DNA of 20,000 nucleotides from Microthyrium microscopicum (Eukaryota): NCBI GenBank assembly GCA_010405405.1, contig MU004236.1, positions 976,405 to 996,404 of the forward strand, read 5' to 3'. Shown piece by piece: positions 11,308 to 20,000 of this stretch (position 1 is its first letter; each line of letters starts with the position of its first letter). The notes under the pieces were generated by a model. It saw only the letters and a program-made list of their open reading frames with translations, ran no database searches and was not told where the DNA came from. The position numbers and the translations under genes were made by a program.

Positions 11308-12199
11308 CTTAAATACTCCCAAACTGTAATCACTACATCGAAGATGTGGAATGCTAAAACTTCTGGTTGAAATTTTGGTTGGTCCGGAGCAATAAATTCG
11401 GCCTGTAGAACTCGAGACTTTTCCAACCTCGTTCGCAGGGAGAATTACAGCCTCTCCCAACTATGGAGTAAAACATGTGTTTTGGCGCAGTTGGACTACC
11501 TACCTACTTAAAGGTACTGTCAGAGTTCGAAGCATTCCTCAAGTTTGGGAAGGATCATAACGATTGCCTCTGAAGTATGCCTCTTTGTCAGGAAGCTCCC
11601 GTATTTGGAATCAGAACGAATTTGATCATATCTTTCTCTGCCATTGTTGTGAGTACCGGCAAGCCTTTCCTTACTATAGTGTATACATTCTTTCATTTTT
11701 GCTATCTAATCTATCTTGAATTAAAGGGCCGAAATCATGAGCGTGGCTAACGAATGTAGCATGGGGAATCAAAAACATAGGAAATGGCTTTTTGTTTCCG
11801 AAGGTAACATTTCTGTATCTTGTTCTGATATAAAGCAGTAAGAGCTACAAATTGACCTGTTCAGCCTGATGGGTGAACCGAAACACGATGATTGGTTGAG
11901 TGCGATGGAAGTGATAAGATAAGATCGTGTCGGCTGCGACTATTCTCATTATTGAGTTCTTTGAGACGCTTGCAGGGGTCTTGGCACCCAAAAACTTTCG
12001 ATCTATACCTTGTAGAAAAAGAGTCGTTGTTTTTAACCACCTGCCGTTCTATGGTTTCTAGATATAATTAAATTCTGAAAGAGAGAAAGTCTATGAGGTC
12101 CATAGGAGATATCTTTTAGTCTTTAAAATACTTATTTACGGCTTCTTAATGTTAAGTAATTATGCTATTCGTCTTCCCAGCTTTTTTTAGGTAGCTATT

Positions 12200-12530
12200 T
12201 CTGAAAAGTCTTAGTAGTCTTAACGGAATACGGTCCGTGCAGCTCAGGGAATGCAGAATCAGTAAAGGGAATATTAAAGAATCTAATTAACTAACTACTA
12301 TAATAACTATAGTATTTATACCTTATTAAAGACATAAAACGTATCTTCTTAGAGCTTAGAATTTAGGCTATAATAGAGGTAAAAGTAATATATAGAAAGG
12401 GGTAGAAAAGGCAAAAAGATATAATAGCTAATAGAGGCTAAATTTTAGTATTTCTACTTCTTAATCCTAGATTAGAACTAGTATAGATCTAAGGTTTAGA
12501 ATAAACCTTTTATTATACTTCCTAAGTTTC
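12200..12530 (-). mobile_element. Tentative PPT and 3' LTR of the copia element
   Basis: Downstream of the pol end, the minus strand has AAACTTAGGAAGTA|TA (12529-12514), which resembles a RIP-altered purine tract followed by TG. There is a TATAAATA box at 12320-12313 and a candidate ...TTTTCA end near 12202. No second LTR copy is in the window to confirm it. Confidence 0.3.
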
Positions 12531-12754
12531 TAACCTATAGATCTTAAAATATACTTAGTATTAAGTATAAAGGAATATTAATTTTTAGGTTTTTTAAGAC
12601 TAAGCTACTAAAATATTAAAACTAATTAAAATAGAAAATAAAAGATACTATTAAGTAGCTCTAGTATAAAAGATCTAGCTTATATAAAAATATAAAAGAT
12701 TTAGTAATTTATAATAGTAGTAAGAGTATTTATAGTATTCTAAAAAGAATCTTC

Positions 12755-14750
12755 CTAAGCTAGTACTAAGTACTCTATATCTACTAAATTTAATATCTTT
12801 TTAAACTTCTTATATTTTTATAAAGAGAAAGCTTTTATTAAACTATTTATTAGTATTTTGCCTATAAGAACTTATTTAATAGAGATATAGCCCTCTATAA
12901 CTTCTTAATAAAGCTAGAACTAATATATATTAATATACTTTAATCTAAAAGATAAAAGCTAAGCCTACTTTATTATAATACCTACTATTTAGGTATTATT
13001 ATTTAATATTAGTATTTTAATATTAGGATTAAACTTAAGCTATAAGAAGAAGCATTAGATTAAGATTAGCTCTTTTAAGATATTTAAGAAGAATAAAAGT
13101 TCTACTTTTATTATAGATATTAAGACTATCTTCTAGTATAAAGATTACTAGCTAATAAGTCCTTTAAATAAGTTAAATAAAAAGCTCTAGATTAATCTTT
13201 AAGTCTCCTAATTATTTATAAATATAGTATTATAGGCTATAAGAAATACTTCTTTACTAATAGTAGGTACTTTAATAGTTTTATAATACTTAAGCGTAAG
13301 GTATTTTATTACTTAAAAATATAGAATAGTTCTCTTAATCTTATAGTAGTAAAGCTTAAAAGGATTCTAGTTAAAGTAGCTTAAATAAGAGGCTATATAA
13401 TAAATATCTAGCTTATATATTATTATAGAGTAGATTATAAAGCTATAACGTATTTAAAAGGTATAGATTTAATCTTTAAATACCTATTCTTTATTTAGAA
13501 TGAGTTTAATAAAATTTAAGATAGGAATAACGTATTTAGTCTTCTTTATAATATTAAGCTAAAATTTAGTATTAATTTTATTAATATATTAGTCTTATAA
13601 GATTTAGAACTTTTAATTAGCTTAATTTTAAAGTATTTAAATATTAAGAAAGCTTTTTAGGGTACCTAAATTCTTTATAGTATAGTATATACTAAGTTTA
13701 TATTTTATCTTATCTACTTCTATTTAATATACTTTTAGTAAAAAAAGAAGGAAGTTATTAATATAATAAAAGAAGAAGATAAGATACTAAATATATTTAA
13801 AAAGGTAGAAGTCTTCTAGAATAGGCTTAAACTTTATTATATAAAAGGTAGCTTTTATATTCTAATACTATAGTAATAGAGATCTTAGTAATCTATAGAA
13901 GGCGTAGTAAAGTAATAAGACCTTTCTAAAAATATTAAAACCTTTAGGATATTAAACTAGAACTATTTTATCTAGAATAATATTTAGAAAGGTATTTATA
14001 GCATTAAATTAGTAAAGATTTAGATTAAATATAGCTATTAGCATAAGAATTATATATAATATATAGTAAGCTTTAATAGTAGTATAAATCTCTAGTTCTA
14101 AATTTTAGTACTATAAATCTTCTCTTATATAGATTCTAGCCTTATATTTAAGAAAAAAGCTATTTAAATTATACTTCTCTAAGAATACCTACTTTAAAGG
14201 TAGAATAAGCTTATTAATTTAAGAAGTATAGACCTTTTTAAATATACTTTATTTCTAAAGTGTTTTAATTTTAATTCTAGTAGCTAAAAGATACTAGTCT
14301 TAATTAGAGCGTTTTATTATTTTAAACTATATTTTTAATAATTCTAGTATATCTCTTTTATAGTAGTATTAAACTAAAGCTATAGAGAATATATAATATA
14401 ATAAGGTAAGAAAGTAAGATTTATAGAGTACTAGATTAGTAGTCCTTAAGAATTATAAGATATAACTACTTCTTATAGTATATATAGAGATATTTTAGAA
14501 GGCTTAGATCTTTTATTTATACTTAGTAATATACTATTATTTTAAGTAAGCTATTAGAGTAGCTAGTAGTAGTACTAGTAGAATTATAGAAGTAGGATCT
14601 TTTAGAATATCCTCTCTTAATTTAGTATAATCTTAAATAAGTAATAGACTTATAGAAGGTATTAGATATTATAAAGAAGGCTAAGACAGTAGTAATAGTA
14701 TAAGATTAAGTATTATATATAAATCTTGTTTATTATCTTTTAGCTACGCT
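12755..14750 (-). mobile_element. RIP-degenerate Ty1/copia LTR retrotransposon pol fragment (linker, RT, RNase H), apparently 5'-truncated
   Basis: One minus-strand frame reads LPLK*VF..KYKARIYIREDL* (=LPLKWVF..KARICVRGDLQ, about 14115-14205), *FNAINTFLN (=QFDAVNAFLN), LLYYAFYRLLRSLLL* (=LLRRALYGL.RSPLLW), LLLYINNF (=YVDD, 13765-13754), IKNLGT (=MKDLG), ISIIKVEL (=TSTTEAEL), LKYINIY*F*LY*E (=LKHIDIHQFWLRQE) and INSLIKA (=ADGLTKA). Differences are mostly C>T/G>A. Boundaries are approximate. Confidence 0.9.
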
Positions 14751-14759
14751 AATAGGCTA

Positions 14760-16500
14760 TATAGACGCTACTCTTACTTTTAGAAAAACCCTTATAAAGA
14801 AACTTGTAGTGTTCCTTTAGTTACCTTCTAGCAGCCTTGTTCTAGTATTATTATAATACTCTTTTAGTCTACTACTTCTAAATAGAAGAACTTATATTAT
14901 CTTTCTATAAATTATAAAGCTTACTAAAAGAATTCTAGTTAGTAGGTTAATATAGTAGGCAACTAGTAGTTACTAACTACTAAGGGCCTTATATAGCTTA
15001 AGTATACTATATATTATATAAATCCTACGCTACGCGCTAAGATCTTAATTCTTAATACTATTCTTATTACTAGTTTTCTTTTTAAAACTTATCTATTGCT
15101 TAATTACTTAAGGCTATAGCATCCTCTAGGATAGATTAGATCTAGCTTTTTAGTACCTATTTTTATTTAGTATTACCTTATTATTAAGTTTTACTATTAT
15201 AGTTTAATAAGTTTCTATTAATTTTCCCCTTCTTAGGGGCTTATAGCTATTATCCTTATATAGTTAACTTTCTATATAGTTTTATAATAGATATATATAA
15301 TACGTATTCTTAAGTTTTTATAATTAATTTTTACTCTTAATAGGCTCTAATATTATAGCGTTCTTTAGCTATATTAAGCCTTCTCTTTTAATACTTATTA
15401 AGCGAGGTACTTATAATATCCTTTAACTAAGTTTTTCTTATTAATTTACGCTCTTTAATATTATATAATAGGCTACTAAATAACTACTTCTAAGTTTTTA
15501 GTAGTCTATATAGTTTACCTCTAGGATATAAAGTATTTTAAATCTATATAGTTTTAGTTACTTCTTCCTTTTTAAGTTTTTATTATATCTTCTACTCTTC
15601 CTAATTTTTCTTCTAAAGGTAAGTCCTCTATAGGCTTTTTTTCTCTCTTTCTTTCTTACTTTTAGGTACCTAGTAAACGTTCTATACCTATAAGTACTTT
15701 CCTTTTATTGTTTTTAAAGAAGATAAAAACTACTCTATCTATAGACGTTAAAAATACTACTTTATTCTTAGATATAAAATTAGCTAGTTCTATCCTAACT
15801 CCTATTATAAGTCTTTTAGTATTCTTTTATATATAGTATTAACTATTATAATATAGACTATATATATTTCTAGCATAAGAATCTATTTATACTATTTCTA
15901 AGTATTATGCTATTATATAGAGTTACTTAATAGTAAATACTTAGTTAATCCTAGCGTACTTACTATAGTAATTACCTATATTTATAATTAAGCTAGCCCT
16001 AGCTAGTATTCTTACTCTTATTATAAAGAGTAACGTTCTAAGTATAAAGCTATAAATATATCTTTACTCTTAATCTTTTACCTTTTCTAATATTATAATA
16101 AAATACTAATAGAGTTAAAGAAGTAAGGTAAGTACCTTTAATATACTTTTAATAAGATAATAACTAACCTAGTTAACCTTTATTAAGGTATTAAGGAGTA
16201 TATATTATTAGGTATAGATAAAAAGGCTACTAAGTAAGTAGAGGTTATAGAGAGTTTAGTAAGTAAGTTTACTAGCTATAGAGCCTAGTTTACTTTTACT
16301 ATAGCCTTATTAGTATAGTAAAAGAAGAAGAAGCTAAAGATTAATATAGCTATACTAGCTACTAATTTAGCTTACTTATAAGCTATCTTACTAAAGCTTT
16401 GTACTTAAAGCGTAAAAATAGATTTATTAGTAGAAATATCTTAATTATTAGGTAGAGTAGTAGCGTTATTTAATAAAGAGTAGTAGATAGATATAGAATA
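14760..16500 (-). other. Unidentified RIP-degenerate element between the copia fragment and the LINE 3' end
   Basis: Same RIP signature as its neighbours. Protein-like relic frames are present on the minus strand (e.g. about 15883-15233: KRLIIGVRIELANFISKNKVVFLTSIDRVVFIFF...KPIEDLPLEEK). I could not recognise copia integrase/gag or LINE motifs here. Confidence 0.4.
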
Positions 16501-16504
16501 AAAT

Positions 16505-19500
16505 TAATTATATTCTTAGACTTAGCTATTTCTTTTATAATTATATATTACTAGCTTATTAGTATTATAATATTATAGTTAGTTATTTATAAAATCTTTA
16601 AGTCTTAATAGTTCTTTACGCGCCTTAAGGTCTATTTCTATAATCTTTTTAGTTAGCCTAAATTACTAAAGAGCTCTACTCTTTAGTAGCTATCTAGCTA
16701 TTATTTAAGTATTCCTTAGATTAGAGAGTATATAAGCCTTATTTAGTATTATTATTTATTCTAGTAATCTTTCTTTATAATATTATAAGTAGTTTAGTAG
16801 TATATAGTAAACTATTTATTATTAGTAACTATATAAGTACTATAGTAGGGAAACTATTAGTACCTATATGCTATATAGCTAATTATTAAGTCTAATAACT
16901 TTTAATTATATAAGGAAGAGTGCTATTACTTATACTTTATTAAGATTATTATAAAGCTTAATTAGTTAGTTACTCTATAACGTTCTCTATACTATAGTAG
17001 TATATTACTACGTCCTTATAAGCTATACTTAAGTATTTATCTAGAGCCTATAATAATATACCCTAATTAAGGATATTTCTAGCTTTAGTTTAGTTTTTGT
17101 CTTTTTCTTCTTCTATAACGTATTATCTATTAGTTATATTACTTACTTATAGTTAGTATCTTATTTCTACTTTATCTTTAATCTTTTCTTTTATTATTTT
17201 AGTATATTAACTCTCTAAGCTATAACCTTAGTTATACGTATCTATACTAGTTTAAGTATTATTAAGCTTCTTAGTTATTACTACTAAGGAAGTATTCTTT
17301 AATTCTTTAGGAAGTTTACCTAGTATACTTTAGTAATAATTTTACTTATTTTTTATATTACTATTAAGTCTTTATTCTTATTAGTATATTCCTTTACTAA
17401 AACTATAATATTTATTTAGAGTAGTTTAACTCCTATTTCCTTATTTAATAAAGTAATAGAAGTTCTTTAGTACTCTCTTATTATCTTATAAAGTATATTA
17501 TTCTAAACTACTACTAGTAGTTTATAATAATCTTCTAGCGCTTTAAGAAATAATAATCTTAGACTTTATACTTATACTCTATATATAAAGGTTAGCTTAA
17601 TAACTACTATATAAAGGAGCTTTATTTTTCTAAAGACTAGTCCCTATTTTAACTATACTATTCTTAAAAGTACTATTACTTACTTAAATCTTTTAGTTCT
17701 AGTCTTTTTAATATAATCTTTCTAGTTTATTCTTCTATCTACTTATATACTTAGTATCCTAATATTCTCTAGTATAAGCTTAGTAAATATACTATCTACT
17801 ATTATTATAGACTATAGGTTTACTTCTAAGTAGTAAATATTCTAAGTAAAATATATTACTTAATACTTATTAAAGATAAACTTTACTCTATACCTATTTG
17901 CCTAGTTAATATACTTCTAGTAGGCCTTTTCTAGTCTTATATAGTTCTCTTAGGTAGTATTACCCTATATAACTAATATAGTATTATTTATAAAGCTAAA
18001 TCTAAAGACGTTACTACTTACGTCCTAAAAGTATTCTAGTAGTTTTAATATAAAAAAGAGAAAAAAGATAAGTAAGAAGAAGGATTCCTAAGAGATCCTT
18101 ATATTAGTTATTATTATTAAGCTCTAGTACCTAATAAATATAATTTAGGTTATATAATTAATAGCAAAGCTTACTACTATATTAATTAGCTACTAGGGAA
18201 CTTCTTTTATCTCTAGGATATAGAGAAGCCTTTTTAAATTAATATTATTATACGCTTCTTAAAGGTTAAGGCTAAGTACTAATACTATAGCTTTTATATT
18301 TCTTTTCTATACTACCTTAATAGTACTCCTTAAAAGCTATACTACTATTAGTATTAATTACTCTACTTTAGCCTCTATCTAGTTCTAGAATAGTAAGTTA
18401 TTATTTTCTATAAGTTAGATAAGTCTATTAGTAATAATCTTTTTAACTAACTTTACTATTATATTCTTAAGGATAATTAGCTAGTAGGCTACTAGTAGTA
18501 AGTAGTCTTTCTTACTTAGCTTTTTTAGTACTAGTATATAAGATTACTTTAAATATTCTAAAATTATACTACTTATTAGTATTCTACTAATTATAGGTAC
18601 TAGTCTTTTACTAAATTCTATTAGTTTTAGATTATTACCCTCCTTTTCTAGTTGCGCTTTAAGCTTAAGAGCCTTTAAAACCTTATTTAGTATATTAATA
18701 GATTCTATTACTTTATAATTTAGAAGGCTACTAATTATATAATCTATCTTTTCTATTATTATTTTATAGTCTATCTTTAGTTCTAAGAGTAGAATAGCGT
18801 CTTCTATATTACTAAGGTTTACTATCCTTATTTAAGGAAAGAACTTTATAAATAGTATATTTACCTTACCTTAGTTATTATAAGTATAGTTATTACTAGT
18901 AGTCTATCTAAGTACTAATAGATATAGGTCTTTCTTTAGTCTACTAGCTTTAGCTCTTATTTATTTACTTATTCTTTATAGGCCTTAGTTCTTATAGTAT
19001 TTATAATCCTTTATAATCTCTTCTATAAAGGTTTACTAAGATACTACTTTATTCTAATATAGAGATTTTCTTAGCTAGGCTATAACTAACTTATATACGT
19101 ACTTATCCTAGTTAGTTCCTATTTAGAAGTATTTTTATTTTATATAGCGCTTTTCTTATATTAGTAGAGTAGTTATAGGTAACTATTTATATAAAGCTTA
19201 CTTTAAGAGTTTTACTTTTAGGTAGTAAATCTCTAGTACTTTTATTATTACCTTATATAGAGCCTTTATTAATATATTTTTAGTATTCTATAAGCTATTA
19301 TTTATATATTTAATAAATTATTCTATATCTAGTTTTTATATATTATATTATACTTTTAGTATATACTTCTCTTATCCTAAGGTTAGCTAAATTAGTATTA
19401 AGATATAATCTTTTATTAGTACCTAGGTATTAACTAAGCTATAAAACTCTAATCTTTCTTAAAGGAACTAGGATAAGAACGTAAAATTAATTACTATTTT

Positions 19501-20000
19501 TACTACTCTTACTTCTCTTTCCTTACGTAACCTATAAGTTAGTTTTCCTTCTAGTATATATAGATAGAGCCCCTACTTAATTATATTATAAAGTAAGGTA
19601 TTTACTTAAGGTTTAGTAACTAATACTACGCCTCTCTATTAATAATAGTAGTAATTAAAGTCTCTTACTAATAAGATCTCTTCTTCTACCTTATTAATTA
19701 CCTTTATTAGTATTAAGTATTTAGTAATATAGTTATAGTTACTTATTACTAGGCCTTTACTATATATATTAATAATTATTAGTATTATATACCTATACTA
19801 GAGGCGTAGTATTAAGATAAATTAGTTATAATATCTTACTTACTAGTTCCTTATATTAAGCGTCTTATTTATTATAAAGTATACTCTTAATTAATTATCT
19901 TAGTTATATACTAATATATAGCTAAGGAGGTAGTATATCTTTCCTAGCTTTATAATTCCTCTAAGGTCTTAAATTACTATAATTAGTTACTTAGTATTAT
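16505..20000 (-). mobile_element. RIP-degenerate Tad1-like LINE (non-LTR retrotransposon) ORF2: APE endonuclease, RT and CCHC finger; continues beyond the window end
   Basis: Minus frame: LLVRDFNYYYY**RG (=GDFN.HH..WGG, 19665-19654), VINFTF (=IDLTF), KDYIL (=DHIP), KKLSKKDY...AY*LIILKN (=KKPGKKDY..YRPIALEN), LSLNL*EAYNNI (=LDL.GAYDNV), IS*ESFFLLIFF (=IPQGSPLSPILF, 18093-18082), FINN (=FVDD, 17994-17983), *YLYSY***IVYYILLNY (=CxC..QTV.H.L..C, about 16840-16789). The frame ends near 16600, followed by a short A-rich 3' tail. Confidence 0.92.

Larger units (their letters stand above)
12050..20000. repeat. RIP-mutated AT-rich repeat block
   Basis: Abrupt drop in GC. CpA and TpG are almost absent and TpA is very abundant from about 12290 onward. 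The track has no ORF of 60 aa or more in this stretch. 12050-12290 is a transition zone. Confidence 0.95.

Noticed and set aside
11913..11925. GATAAGATAAGAT tandem GATA motifs
   Set aside because: Short, with no adjacent gene start; likely chance.
11971..12003. TGCAGGGGTCTTGGCACCC... as a DNA-transposon TIR, with a partner near 13645-13680
   Set aside because: The supposed partner needs indels and lies inside the copia RT frame. No convincing second terminus or TSD was found.
15900..17650. Tyrosine-recombinase or RecQ/telomere-linked helicase relic
   Set aside because: 16600-17650 is better explained as the LINE ORF2 C-terminus. The helicase-like resemblance at 15900-16300 lacks clear GKS/DExH motifs.
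12050..20000. Organellar insertion, alternative genetic code or CRISPR-like array in the AT-rich block
   Set aside because: Loss of CpA/TpG and recoverable retroelement motifs indicate RIP. There is no regular repeat-spacer periodicity.

Overview
Eukaryotic DNA from a filamentous ascomycete, with short GT-AG introns and a RIP-type AT-rich block. The window has three parts. (1) 405-6447: an intact Sec7/BIG-family Arf GEF gene (3 exons, about 1982 aa). (2) 6712-11307: a compact cluster of three intron-containing genes that the ORF track only shows in fragments. These are a caspase/metacaspase-like (C14, His-Gly + Asp-Cys-Cys) protease with a hydrophobic C-terminal segment on the minus strand, and, transcribed divergently from it, a 95-aa SH3/Tudor-like microprotein and a DUF6594-type multi-pass membrane protein. 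(3) About 12050-20000: a heavily RIP-mutated transposon block. Reversing the C>T/G>A changes by eye shows a Ty1/copia RT-RNaseH fragment, an unidentified degenerate element and a Tad1-like LINE ORF2, all on the minus strand. The best candidate for an undescribed system is the protease + microprotein + DUF6594 cluster, a possible protease-activated membrane or cell-death module. That function is inference only.
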